Source of the DNA: an uncultured Chloroflexia bacterium
GTDB lineage: Bacteria > Chloroflexota > Dehalococcoidia > UBA2979
Direction of reading: 5' to 3'
Assembly: GCA_963728205.1 (NCBI GenBank)
Contig: CAVSIV010000006.1
Location: 96,001 to 160,000, forward strand
Length of the DNA: 64,000 nucleotides
The position numbers and the translations under genes were made by a program. The notes beneath the pieces were generated by a model, which did no database searches, had not been told where the DNA came from, and saw only the letters and a list, made by a program, of their open reading frames with translations. Below, piece after piece: positions 10,179 through 19,786 of this stretch (position 1 is its first letter; the number at the start of each line of letters is the position of its first letter).

Positions 10179-11183
10179 GTGTTGATTCCGAAACATCGAA
10201 TTCGCGAGAGGTGGATGCGACCGGTCGCGCTCGTGGCGGTCGCGCTCGCCTCTCTCGCGCTGCTGGCCGCGTGCAGCAGTAGCGGCAACGCCACGAGCAC
10301 GCCGGCGGCCGGCGGCGGGACGGCCGCGGCCACGGGCACTGCCGCGACCACCGGCACGACGGCGCCGGGCGGCGGCCAGGTCGGCGCCGGCAAGACCGTC
10401 GACATCGGCTACGTCCCCGGCTGGGACGAGGGTGTCGCTGCGACGTATCTCTGGCAGGAGCTGCTGCAGGAGCAGGGCTACCAGGTCAAGCTCACGTCGC
10501 TCGACGTCGCGCCGCTCTACGCGGGCATCGCCCAGGGCGACGTGGACATGTACCTCGACGCCTGGCTGCCGGGCACACACAAGGTCTACATGGACAAGTT
10601 CCAGGGCAAGCTCAACGAGCTGCACACCTGGTACTCGCCGGCCGGCCTCTACCTGACCGTGCCGTCGTACGTGAAGGACGTGAACAGCCTCGCCAATCTC
10701 GCCGACCACAAGAGCGAGTTCAACGGCAAGATCATCGGCATCGAGGCCGGCGCCGGGATGATGGGCATCGCGCGCGACAAGGTGATGCCCAACTACGGCT
10801 TGAGCGACTGGACGCTCGTGGAGGGCTCGACGCCGGCGATGCTGGCCGAGCTGCAGAAGGCGATCAACGCGCAGGAGCCGATCGTGGTGACGCTGTGGTC
10901 ACCCGGCTGGTGGTACGGGAAGTGGGACCTCAAGAACCTGAAGGACCCGAAGAACGCCTGGGGCCCGCCGGACCACATCTCCGTGGTCACGCGGAACGGC
11001 TTCACGGACGACTTCCCCGCGTTCACGAAGGAACTGAACAACTTCCACATGGACGACGCGCCGCTGGCGTCGCTCGAAAACACGATCAAGGACGCCGGGA
11101 AGGGCAACGAGGCCAAGGCCGTGAAGGACTGGCTGTCGAAGCCCGAGAACCGCAAGCTCGCGGACGGCTGGATCGGCGAGTAA
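10179..11183 (+). CDS. proX: Glycine betaine ABC transporter substrate-binding lipoprotein (OpuAC/ProX-like)
   Basis: Lipobox LAAC, WDEG, DAWLP, GIEAGAG, LWSPGW; start 10179 or 10215. Confidence 0.9.
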   Translation: MLIPKHRIRERWMRPVALVAVALASLALLAACSSSGNATSTPAAGGGTAAATGTAATTGTTAPGGGQVGAGKTVDIGYVPGWDEGVAATYLWQELLQEQGYQVKLTSLDVAPLYAGIAQGDVDMYLDAWLPGTHKVYMDKFQGKLNELHTWYSPAGLYLTVPSYVKDVNSLANLADHKSEFNGKIIGIEAGAGMMGIARDKVMPNYGLSDWTLVEGSTPAMLAELQKAINAQEPIVVTLWSPGWWYGKWDLKNLKDPKNAWGPPDHISVVTRNGFTDDFPAFTKELNNFHMDDAPLASLENTIKDAGKGNEAKAVKDWLSKPENRKLADGWIGE

Positions 11184-11205
11184 TTCCGCCGCTCCGATGA
11201 GCGCA

Positions 11206-11240
11206 GGAGACGCCCGCCTCTCGGCGGGCGTCTCCGTGTT
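11206..11240 (+). terminator. Intrinsic terminator-like hairpin
   Basis: GGAGACGCCCGCC-TCTC-GGCGGGCGTCTCC then GTGTT, between convergent genes. Confidence 0.7.
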
Positions 11241-11303
11241 CGCACGCGGGGTCGTCCCCGCGCCGGCGCGGGAGCCCGCGCGAGGCGCCGACGTCGTGAC
11301 GGG

Positions 11304-11774
11304 TTACGCGATCGGCTGGACGACCTCGGTCTCCCAGCGCTCCGGATTCGGTTCCGCCTCCGGATCGATGCGGTAGCTCTCCCACATCGGCCCGGCGGGA
11401 TGCAGGCCGCGCTCCGCGATCCAGCCCATCATCGCGCCGTACGTCTCGGCCAGCCGCTCATACGGGCCGTGGTGGAGGGCGACCGCTACGCGGCCGCCCG
11501 GGACCTCGCCCGGCTCCACGCGGCCGTCGGCCGCGATCGGCGCCGCGACCGGGAACCCCACCTCGATCTGCATCTCGCCCGGCGGCGGTGTCAGGTAGCG
11601 CACATACGGCTCGCCCGCCGGGACGATGCCGCGACGTCCCAGCGACGCCCCGATCTCGCCGAAGCACTCGCCGATGCGCTCTGCGATGTGCTCCAGGTCC
11701 GCGCTCGTGCGGATCACCGCCGCGGGCCACGGCCCGCGCTGCTCCTCCCGGATCTCGACCCGTTGCGCGACCAT
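11304..11774 (-). CDS. GyrI-like small-molecule-binding protein
   Basis: EVGFPV, HHGPYERL, WESY..DP..EPNPERWETEV. Confidence 0.85.
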   Translation of the reverse strand: MVAQRVEIREEQRGPWPAAVIRTSADLEHIAERIGECFGEIGASLGRRGIVPAGEPYVRYLTPPPGEMQIEVGFPVAAPIAADGRVEPGEVPGGRVAVALHHGPYERLAETYGAMMGWIAERGLHPAGPMWESYRIDPEAEPNPERWETEVVQPIA

Positions 11775-11976
11775 CGCTCACTCCCGTCTCTAACCGTCGC
11801 CCCAGCGATCACACCGCTCCCTCCGCGCCGTGCACAGGGTCCGCGGTCCCGCGAAAGCGACGACCGCGCCGGGCGCCGGGTGATCAGATCACCGCGCGGC
11901 GGGGCGACCCGGCCTTCGCGGCCGCGTACCATCGGACCCCACGCCCCACTGCGCATCGCGACGAGGAGCACGCCCC

Positions 11977-12720
11977 ATGCCCCCGACGACCGACTGGGCC
12001 GGCCTCGGCCGCCGCCTCTCCACCGCCCTCGGCACGGACGTTCCGCCGATTGCGATCACGTTCGCGGCGGAGATGCCGGCCGACGTCCCGCCCTTCGACG
12101 ACCCGATGCCGGCCCCGCATGAGACCGACGGCCGCACCGGCCGCGTCGCCGCCGGGTGCGTGTTCTGGATGAAGTCGACCGACCGCACCTTCAGCACCGT
12201 CGCTGCCGACCACGCGAACTGCTCGGTCGGCGCGATGACCCACGGCTTCAAGACGCTCGACGAGGTCGCGGCGAACACGGACGTTGCCGCGCTGCTCGAG
12301 AGCGGCTGGGTCTCGCTCGAGGTCGTCCCGCAGATCCCCGTCGTCTCGCAGCGTCCCGCGGCGGTCGTCTACGGCCCGCTCGCGGACACGCCGACCGACC
12401 CGGACGTCGTCCTGCTGCGGATCACCGCCCGTCAGCTGATGGTGATGTCCGACGCGCTGCCCGGCCTCCGCATCGAGGGCAAGCCGCAGTGCCACATCGT
12501 CGGGATGGCGAAGGAGCACGGCGAGGTCGCCGCCAGCGTCGGCTGCCAGCTCAGCCGCGTGCGCACCGGCATGGCGAACTCCGAGATGACGCTCGCGATC
12601 CCGGGGGATCGGCTCGGCGAGGTCGTCGACGCCGTGGAGGCCACCTCGGCATGCGACGGCGCCGTCGCGCGCTATGCGTCGCAGGACATGGCCCGCTTCG
12701 CGACCACGCCGGGTCGCTAG
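11977..12720 (+). CDS. DUF169 family protein
   Basis: Cys motifs AGCVFW, NCSVG, KPQCH, SVGC..SR; YGPL..PDVV. Confidence 0.75.
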   Translation: MPPTTDWAGLGRRLSTALGTDVPPIAITFAAEMPADVPPFDDPMPAPHETDGRTGRVAAGCVFWMKSTDRTFSTVAADHANCSVGAMTHGFKTLDEVAANTDVAALLESGWVSLEVVPQIPVVSQRPAAVVYGPLADTPTDPDVVLLRITARQLMVMSDALPGLRIEGKPQCHIVGMAKEHGEVAASVGCQLSRVRTGMANSEMTLAIPGDRLGEVVDAVEATSACDGAVARYASQDMARFATTPGR

Positions 12721-12733
12721 GCAGACGCCGACC

Positions 12734-13696
12734 GTGCCCCTGCCGCGCCTCGCGATCCTCGACGACTACCAGGGCGTCGCGCTGGCATCCGCGGACTGGA
12801 GGCGTGTGCGCGATCGCTGCGACGTCGTCGTGCACCGCGACCACCTGGATGACGAGGGGGCGGTCGCGGAGCGCCTGCGCGACGCGGAGATCGTGGTGGC
12901 GATGCGCGAGCGCACGCCGTTCCCGCGCTCGCTGTTCGCCCGGCTCCCCGCGCTGCGGCTGCTCGTGACCACCGGCATGGGCAACGCCGCGATCGACCTC
13001 GTCGCCGCGCGCGAGCACGGCGTGACCGTGTGCGGAACCGGCGGGCTGCCCTACCCGACCGCCGAGCTGACGTGGGGGCTGATCCTCGCGCTCGCGCGTC
13101 GCATCCCCGCCGAGCACGCGGCGATCCACGACGGCCGCTGGCAGACCGCGCTCGGCGACGGGCTGCACGGGAAGACGCTCGGCGTGCTCGGGCTCGGACG
13201 CCTCGGCGGGCAGGTGGCGACGGTGGGCCGCGCCTTCGGCATGGAGGTCGTCGCATGGAGCCAGCACCTGGCGCGCGACCGCACCGACGCGCTCGGCGTG
13301 ACGCTGGCCGCGAGCAAGGAGGCGCTGCTCGAGCAGGCCGACGTCGTGACCATCCACCTGGTGCTGTCGGACCGCACGCGCGGGCTGATCGGCGCGCCGG
13401 AGCTGGTGCGCATGCGCGACACCGCCTACCTCGTGAACACGTCGCGCGGGCCGATCGTCGACGAGGGCGCGCTCGTCGACGCGCTGCGCGAGCGCCGCAT
13501 CGCCGGGGCCGCGCTCGACGTCTTCGAGCGCGAGCCGCTGCCCGCCGGCCACCCGCTGCTCGCGCTCGACAACGTCGTGCTCACGCCGCACATCGGCTAC
13601 GTGACGAAGGAGACGTACGCGGTCTTCTTCGGCGAGGCGGTCGAGGACGTGCTCGCGTTCCTCGACGGCGCGCCGGTCCGCGTGCTCGGGCCGTAG
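12734..13696 (+). CDS. D-2-hydroxyacid dehydrogenase family protein
   Basis: ILDDYQ, MRERTP, GLGRLG, NTSRGPIVDE, TPHIGY. Confidence 0.92.
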   Translation: MPLPRLAILDDYQGVALASADWRRVRDRCDVVVHRDHLDDEGAVAERLRDAEIVVAMRERTPFPRSLFARLPALRLLVTTGMGNAAIDLVAAREHGVTVCGTGGLPYPTAELTWGLILALARRIPAEHAAIHDGRWQTALGDGLHGKTLGVLGLGRLGGQVATVGRAFGMEVVAWSQHLARDRTDALGVTLAASKEALLEQADVVTIHLVLSDRTRGLIGAPELVRMRDTAYLVNTSRGPIVDEGALVDALRERRIAGAALDVFEREPLPAGHPLLALDNVVLTPHIGYVTKETYAVFFGEAVEDVLAFLDGAPVRVLGP

Positions 13697-13766
13697 CAGG
13701 GTCCGCCCCGCGGCGAGGCGGGCCGGGTCGGCCGTCGCGCGGCAGCGGATGCTCGCATACCGCCGC

Positions 13767-14267
13767 TCAGAACCGGAGCAGCTCCTTGCGCAGCAGCAGC
13801 GTCGTGCCGCCGTTGCGCGACGGCTCGTCGGCGCCGGTCGGCGCGTAGCCCCGTCGCGCGTAGAAGGCACGGGCGCGCGCGTTCGCGCCCTCGACCCACA
13901 GCTCCACGGCGCTCGACCCGAGCGCGCGGGCGAAGGCCTCTGCGGCGTCGAGGAGCCCGCCCGCCCATCCGCCGCCGCGCAGGTCGTCGTCGACCCACAT
14001 CGCGCCGACGTAGGTGTCGTGCGGCGGCTCGGGCGCGACGCGCACGAAGACGGTGCCGGCCAGGGCGCCGTCGCCGCGGTCGACGACGAAGAGCGCCTCC
14101 TCCATCGCGTCGGCGCTCCGCGCTGCGCGCTCCGCCCACAGCGCGCCCGGGTACGCGAGCTCCTCGGCGTAGGTGGAGCCGAACGCCTCGGGAGCGAGAT
14201 GCAGCGCGCGCAGCCGCACCTCGCGGTACGCGTCCGCCTCGTCGGCACGGATGCGGCGGATCTCCAC
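13767..14267 (-). CDS. GNAT acetyltransferase
   Basis: VRLRAL..PEAFGST, MWV...RGGG, N.RARAFY.RRGY; the ORF-track extension to 14303 runs into a REP arm. Confidence 0.85.
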   Translation of the reverse strand: MEIRRIRADEADAYREVRLRALHLAPEAFGSTYAEELAYPGALWAERAARSADAMEEALFVVDRGDGALAGTVFVRVAPEPPHDTYVGAMWVDDDLRGGGWAGGLLDAAEAFARALGSSAVELWVEGANARARAFYARRGYAPTGADEPSRNGGTTLLLRKELLRF

Positions 14268-14287
14268 GGCGGCTCCTCGCGAACCCA

Positions 14288-14375
14288 CAGCGGCGGCAGA
14301 CATGCCGCCGACAGGTCGGCGGCGCCACGCGCGGACCGCGTCCGCGTGCTGTCGGCGGCATGTCTGCCGCCGCTG
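14288..14375. repeat. REPIN-like doublet with an internal CGCGGAC/GTCCGCG hairpin
   Basis: Perfect 27-bp inverted arms at 14288-14314 and 14349-14375. Confidence 0.9.
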
Positions 14376-14496
14376 CGGCGAGTCTAGGGGCGGAGCGCGC
14401 GGCGGCGTGACGTTGGTCTCCCCGGCACACGGCCACTCCGCCGTGTGATCGGCGCTCGGGGGGCGCTATCGTGCTCCGAGGACTGAGGAGACGACG

Positions 14497-14739
14497 ATGA
14501 CCGCACAGCCGCCCACCGGCTCACACCTCGACGAGTGGCGCGCGGAGCGCCGGCGCCACCGCGGCGCGCGGCACGCGTTCATCGGCGTCGTGCTGGTGAT
14601 CGTCGGCGTCGTGTTCCTGCTGCAGTCGCTCGACGTCTGGACCGTGCGCGGCGACGTCGTCTGGCCGATCATCGTGATCGCGCTCGGCGCCTGGTCCGTG
14701 CTGACGTCGCTGCTGCCGATCGGCGGCCGCCAGAGCTGA
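14497..14739 (+). CDS. Small 2-TM protein (DUF5668/LiaI-like)
   Basis: GVVLVIVGVVFLL...WPIIVIALG; GAGGAG RBS. Confidence 0.75.
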   Translation: MTAQPPTGSHLDEWRAERRRHRGARHAFIGVVLVIVGVVFLLQSLDVWTVRGDVVWPIIVIALGAWSVLTSLLPIGGRQS

Positions 14740-14748
14740 CGGGCGCGC

Positions 14749-15150
14749 CTACCCCGGGATCACCGCGCAGCTGAGCTGGGCGATCGCGCAGAGGGTCCCG
14801 GCCTCGGCGTCGCGCACCTCGACCGTCCCCACCGCGAGCCGTCGCCCCTTGCGCACCATCCGCGCGTCGACGTGCGTGACGGCGCCGCGCGCGGCCGAGA
14901 GATATTCCACGCTGACCTCGCGGGTCGGGCCGGCGCGCTCTGCGCCCTCCAGCATCGCGTCCAGGCAGACGCGCATCGCGGTCTCCGTCAGCGCCGCGAG
15001 CACGCCGCCGTTGATGCCGTCGCGCGCGCCGCGCACCCGGATCGACTCGTGCGGCGCGGCGATGCGCGCGAAGCCGGGCTCGGCGCGCTCGACGCGCAGG
15101 CCGAACTCGCGGAAGAACGGCGTGGCATCCCACTCGGCCGCGGCCGTCAC
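14749..15150 (-). CDS. PaaI-family hot-dog thioesterase
   Basis: PFFREFGL, GINGGVLAAL, VEYL, RKGRRLAVG. Confidence 0.8.
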   Translation of the reverse strand: MTAAAEWDATPFFREFGLRVERAEPGFARIAAPHESIRVRGARDGINGGVLAALTETAMRVCLDAMLEGAERAGPTREVSVEYLSAARGAVTHVDARMVRKGRRLAVGTVEVRDAEAGTLCAIAQLSCAVIPG

Positions 15151-15578
15151 GCGGCGCCGCCCTCGTTCGCCGGGCGCAGCGAGTACGCGCTGAGCCCGCG
15201 CGCGACGGCCTGCCCCGTCTCGTCCTCCGCCGCGATCTCGGAGAGCGCCTCGTAGGTCGACCAGTAGACGACCTCGGCCCGCACGGTCACGGCGCCCGAC
15301 GGCTCGCCGAGCATGTTCAGGTGCAGGCTCGCGGTGCCGTTCGGCCGCTCCCGCGTGGGGTCGATGCGCGAGCGCACCGACTGCAGCGCGGCGATGTCGG
15401 CGGCGTAGTGGAGCGCGGCGGCGGCGAAGAGCGGGTCCTCGTCGCGCTCGTCACCGAAGGGAACGTCGAGCCGCAGCTCGGCGTGCCCGGCGGCGGCCTC
15501 GAGCACGCGCACGTTGAAGCGCGCCGCCTGCCCGCTGGAGAAGGTGCGACGGTCGTCGAAATCGGGGGCGTTCGTCAT
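15147..15578 (-). CDS. Divergent hot-dog-fold (PaaI-like) protein
   Basis: GTASLHLN, AVARG..AYS; overlaps the next gene by 4 nt (GTGA). Confidence 0.6.
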   Translation of the reverse strand: MTNAPDFDDRRTFSSGQAARFNVRVLEAAAGHAELRLDVPFGDERDEDPLFAAAALHYAADIAALQSVRSRIDPTRERPNGTASLHLNMLGEPSGAVTVRAEVVYWSTYEALSEIAAEDETGQAVARGLSAYSLRPANEGGAA

Positions 15579-15669
15579 CGCGTCATGGAGTCGCGGCGGC
15601 GCGGGCCGGGCGGCGCATGCGTCGCGCCGGCCCGCGCGGGGCCGGCGCGACGCTGCCGGCCGGTCCCGG

Positions 15670-16494
15670 CTAGGCGATGAGCTCCGCCGGCTGGAGCGAG
15701 AACTCGCGGATCATCTCGTCGGCGTACGTGATCTTCCCCGTGATCTCCTTCGGGTCGCCGTGCACGAGCCGCAGGCACGCCTCGGCCATGTGCTCGACGG
15801 GCGTCGCGCGGTCCTTGTTCGATTCGTTGATCAGCTTGTGGTAGACGACGCCCGGCGTCGCGATCAGGCCCGGCGAGATCACGTTCACGCCGACGCTGTC
15901 GCGGTAGACCTCGGAGGCGAGCCCGGTGGTGAAGCGCTCGAGCGCGGCCTTGCACATGCCGTAGACGGTGCCACCGCCGCCGCCCTCGCCGAGGGCGTCC
16001 TTCTTCGGGTGCAGCGCGGCGTGCGACGACACGTTCACGATCCAGCCCGACTTCCGCTCGCGCATCCCCGGCAACACCATCTGCGCGAGGTGGATCGGCG
16101 CGAACACCTGGACCTCGAACATCAGCTTGTAGCGGCGCTCGGGGAAGTCCTGGATCGGGATGAAGAACGTGACGGCCGCGTTGTTCACGAGGATGTCGAC
16201 CGGGCCGAACGTGTCCTCGGCCTGCTTGATCAGGTTCTTGCGGTCCTCGTCGTTCGCGAGGTCGCAGCGCACGGCGAGCCCCTCGCCGCCGGCGGCCTTG
16301 ATGCGCTCGACGACGGAGTTAATGCTGCCGGGCAGCTGGTGATCGCCCTCGTTCACGGTCCGGGCGGACACCACGACCTTCGCGCCCTCGGCGGCGTAGC
16401 GAAGCGCGATGGCCTCGCCGATGCCGCGCGACGCGCCGGTGACGACGGCGACCTTGCCCGCGAGAAGTCCGCTCTTGTTGACGCTGGCTGCCAT
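15670..16494 (-). CDS. SDR family oxidoreductase
   Basis: TGASRGIG, LVNNA, YGMCK catalytic YxxxK. Confidence 0.92.
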   Translation of the reverse strand: MAASVNKSGLLAGKVAVVTGASRGIGEAIALRYAAEGAKVVVSARTVNEGDHQLPGSINSVVERIKAAGGEGLAVRCDLANDEDRKNLIKQAEDTFGPVDILVNNAAVTFFIPIQDFPERRYKLMFEVQVFAPIHLAQMVLPGMRERKSGWIVNVSSHAALHPKKDALGEGGGGGTVYGMCKAALERFTTGLASEVYRDSVGVNVISPGLIATPGVVYHKLINESNKDRATPVEHMAEACLRLVHGDPKEITGKITYADEMIREFSLQPAELIA

Positions 16495-16584
16495 ACCCTG
16501 GCCTCTCTCTCGTCCTGGGGTTGCCCGGGTGTTCTACCACCACCCTCGCTCCGCGGCGAGCCGGGCGGCACGTACACTCCGCCC

Positions 16585-17478
16585 ATGCGCGTCCACCTCC
16601 TCGACGGCACATACGAGATCTTTCGCTACTTCGCGGTCGTCCCCTCCCACCACGACACCGACGGGCGTGAGGTCGGCGCCGTTCGCGCGGTCGTCGGCTC
16701 CGTGATCGGGATGCTCGAGGAGGGCGCCACGCACCTCGGCGTCGCCACCGACCATGTCATCGAGTCGTTCCGCAACGGGATGTGGCCCGGATACAAGACC
16801 GGCGCCGGCGTCCCGCCCGAGCTGTTCGCGCAGTTCGAGCCGCTCGAGGAGGCGCTGGGGCTGCTCGGCGTGACCGTGTGGCCGATGGTCGAGCACGAGG
16901 CGGACGACGCGCTCGCGTCGGCTGCGGCCCGCGCGGCGGCGGACCCGCGCGTCGAGCAGGTCGTGATCGCGACGCCGGACAAGGACCTCGGCCAGTGCGT
17001 GCGCGGGACGCGCGTCGTGCAGCTCGAACGGCGGACCGGTCGCGTGATCGACGAGGCGGGGGTGATCGAGAAGTTCGGCGTCCCGCCCGAGTCGATCCCC
17101 GACTACCTCGGGCTCGTCGGCGACAGCGCCGACGGCTTCCCCGGCCTGCCCGGCTGGGGCGCGAAGTCCGCCGCCGCGGTGCTCGCACGCTTCGGGCACC
17201 TCGAGGCGATCCCCGACGACGTCGCCGCGTGGGACGTCACCGTGCGCGGCGGCGCGCGCCTCGCCGAGACGCTCGCCGCCCACCGCGAGGACGCGATGCT
17301 CTTCCGCGACATCGCCACGGTGCGGCTCGACGTGCCGGTCTTCGGCGACGTCGACGAGCTGTGCTGGATCGGCCCAGCGTCGGGGTTCGCCGAGTGGTGC
17401 GCCCGAGCCGGCGTGGAACGTTATGCCGCACGTGTGGATTCCCTGGCCGCCGCGCTGGAGTCGAGCGGCAGCCGGTAG
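16585..17478 (+). CDS. Stand-alone 5'-3' exonuclease / flap endonuclease
   Basis: LLDGT, YKTG, EADD, PDKDL, LVGDSADGFPGLPGWGAKSA (H3TH). Confidence 0.9.
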   Translation: MRVHLLDGTYEIFRYFAVVPSHHDTDGREVGAVRAVVGSVIGMLEEGATHLGVATDHVIESFRNGMWPGYKTGAGVPPELFAQFEPLEEALGLLGVTVWPMVEHEADDALASAAARAAADPRVEQVVIATPDKDLGQCVRGTRVVQLERRTGRVIDEAGVIEKFGVPPESIPDYLGLVGDSADGFPGLPGWGAKSAAAVLARFGHLEAIPDDVAAWDVTVRGGARLAETLAAHREDAMLFRDIATVRLDVPVFGDVDELCWIGPASGFAEWCARAGVERYAARVDSLAAALESSGSR

Positions 17479-17661
17479 GCTGCCGAATCCCTCCCATCGG
17501 GCGCTTCCGGCCGGGAACCACCCCCGGCGGCATCCGTGGGGCGCGCGGGCGCGGCGGGGAGATCGCCCGACAGACCGGCTCGACCAGGCGCCCGCGCGGG
17601 TGTGGATCGCGACGCGGCCCGCTACGCTGGAAGGACCCACTCGAACGAGAGCAGGAACCCA

Positions 17662-18423
17662 GTGACGTCGCACACGTCGTCATGCCCGCGACCCTCCGAG
17701 CGGACGCCAGGCCGTCGGCGCCGCCGGTGGGCGGCTCGCCGTAGCGCGTTCGTCCTCGCGGTCGTCGCGGTCGTGATCGCCGGGCGGCCCGCGTCCATGA
17801 GCGCGCAGGCGCCGGGCGTCGCGCCGATCACGCTGACGGCCTTGCGCAACACCACCTACCCGTCCGCCTACACCGCGAGCCACGAGGCGCCGCTCAAGGA
17901 CGGTCGCTACTCGGAGCAGGCGCCGGGCGCGGCGACGCCGGTGACGGTCGAGTTCGTGACCGACGCCGTCGCGCCGACCTTCGCGGCCGTCGCGCTCGCC
18001 ACCACCGACGCGAGCGGAACGCACGCGACGCTGCACATCGTGACGGCGGCCGCGGCCGGCCTGGTTGCGAGCGACGGCGTGGCGCTCGGCGACGGCGTCA
18101 CCGTGCAGTCGGTCGCAATCGTCGGCGGCCAGGTCACCGTGCGGCTGCTCCAGCCGGCGCCGGGCGACCGTCCCGGCCATCCGACGGCGCAGACGACGCG
18201 CACCTTCACGCGCGCCGGCGGCGGGTTCGCGTCGGCCGCCGACAGCGTCGCCACCGTCGCGACGACGACGGGGCCTGCTCCCTCGGCGACCGGCTCGGCG
18301 GGCGCGCTCGGCCGCGGCGCGCCGGCGTCGCTCGCCGCCGAGCTGGCGGTGCTCGCCGTCACGCTCGCCGTCGCCGCGGCGGCGCGCGCGGCGGGCGGAC
18401 GTCGCAGCCGCGGCGGATCCTGA
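17662..18423 (+). CDS. Secreted/surface protein with a C-terminal sorting-signal-like tail
   Basis: N-terminal hydrophobic signal, LRNTTY..LKDG.Y domain, PSATGSAG + TM + RRSR tail; start uncertain. Confidence 0.65.
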   Translation: MTSHTSSCPRPSERTPGRRRRRWAARRSAFVLAVVAVVIAGRPASMSAQAPGVAPITLTALRNTTYPSAYTASHEAPLKDGRYSEQAPGAATPVTVEFVTDAVAPTFAAVALATTDASGTHATLHIVTAAAAGLVASDGVALGDGVTVQSVAIVGGQVTVRLLQPAPGDRPGHPTAQTTRTFTRAGGGFASAADSVATVATTTGPAPSATGSAGALGRGAPASLAAELAVLAVTLAVAAAARAAGGRRSRGGS

Positions 18424-18486
18424 GCTGAGGGCCACCACGCGGCGGCCTCATCCGTTTCATGCTGCCGACGGCGGGAGCGACCGCGC

Positions 18487-19407
18487 ATGACGCAGCCGGC
18501 CGTGACGATCCCGCCCGCGTTCGCGCGCCACGCGGCCACGGTCTTCGGCGCGACGGGCGAGCGCTGGCTCGCGGCGCTGCCCGACCTCGTGGCCGCGCTC
18601 GCCGCGCAGTGGGGCCTCGCGATCGGCGAGCCCTTCGACCTCTCGTACGGCTATGTCGTCGCCGCGCGGCGGGCCGGCGGCGAGCCGGTCGTGCTGAAGG
18701 TCGTCGTCGAGGTCGGCGAGGATGCGGGCGAGTTCGCGCGCGGCGTGCACGCGCTGCGGGAATACGACGGTCGCGGCGCCTGTCGCGTGCTGGCCGCCGA
18801 CCTCGGACGCGGCGCGGCGCTCTTCGAGCGGGTGCTCCCGGGCGCGCAGCTCGCCGCGCTCGCCGCTCGCGACGACGACGCGGCAACGCGCGCCGGCGCG
18901 GCCGTGATGCGTCGGCTGTGGCGACCGGCCGACGCGGCGCACACGAAGCCGATCGCGGAGTGGTTCGCGAACGCGTTTCGGATCCACGAGCAGGCCTACG
19001 ATGGCCCCGGTCCGCTGCCCGCCGACGTCTTCGCGCGCGGCCTCGCCATCGCGCGCGAGCTGCTCGAGACGGCGCCCGCCGACGTCCTGCTGCACGGCGA
19101 CCTGCACCACCACAACATCCTGTCCGGCGATCGCGAGCCGTGGCTCGCGATCGATCCGAAGGGCATGCGCGGCGATCCCGGCTACGACGCCGGCCCGTTC
19201 CTGCACAACCCGCTGCCCGGCGGCTTCGACGCGCCGCTGCTGCGCCGGCGGCTCGACATCCTCGCGGCAGCGCTCGACTACGACCGCGACCGCCTGCGCG
19301 ACTGGGGCGTCGCGCACGGCGTGCTGTCGGCGTGCTGGACGACGCAACACGGGACCACCGGCTGGGAGCCGGCGATCACGACGGCGGAGTCGCTGCTCTC
19401 GCTCTGA
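18487..19407 (+). CDS. Aminoglycoside/hydroxyurea phosphotransferase (APH(6)-like kinase)
   Basis: WLAALP..W.L, VVLK, LLHGDLHHHNIL, WLAIDPKG..GD. Confidence 0.88.
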   Translation: MTQPAVTIPPAFARHAATVFGATGERWLAALPDLVAALAAQWGLAIGEPFDLSYGYVVAARRAGGEPVVLKVVVEVGEDAGEFARGVHALREYDGRGACRVLAADLGRGAALFERVLPGAQLAALAARDDDAATRAGAAVMRRLWRPADAAHTKPIAEWFANAFRIHEQAYDGPGPLPADVFARGLAIARELLETAPADVLLHGDLHHHNILSGDREPWLAIDPKGMRGDPGYDAGPFLHNPLPGGFDAPLLRRRLDILAAALDYDRDRLRDWGVAHGVLSACWTTQHGTTGWEPAITTAESLLSL

Positions 19408-19500
19408 TCAGGGCGCAGTCCGCCGCAGCTGCACGACCGCGGCGTTGACGACGCCGAACGCCACGAACAGCGCGAAGTTCGTCACACCGGCGGCGGCGGC
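19408..19500 (-). pseudogene. Probable remnant of an APC-family amino-acid permease
   Basis: Manual translation AAGVTNFALFVAFGVVNAAVVQLRRTAP-stop resembles the late TM segment (N.A...LR) of APC permeases; no full ORF present. Confidence 0.4.
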
Positions 19501-19786
19501 GCGGTCATGCCGCCTCGCCGCCGCCCCGTCGTCCGCTTCGAGCGGCCCGCGGGAGCGTGCCGATCGCTCGCCACCACCCCGCCTCGCGCACGTTCACGCC
19601 GCCTCCGATCCCGCCTCGCCCCGCACGCCCGAGCGGCGCCCGATCCACCTCGCCCCGCGCGCCGCTCGACCAGCCCCCAACGCGCCGACCGCGCGCCGAC
19701 GGAGCCCGCGCCCGGCGCAAGCCGACGCGGGCGGAGGAGGATCTCGCCGACGGCGGCGTGCGCCGCCGCCGGCGCGAGCGCGGACA

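Noticed and set aside
18487-19407. Acquired streptomycin-resistance cassette
   Set aside because: APH(6)-like kinases are common chromosomal genes; composition matches the host and there are no mobility genes.
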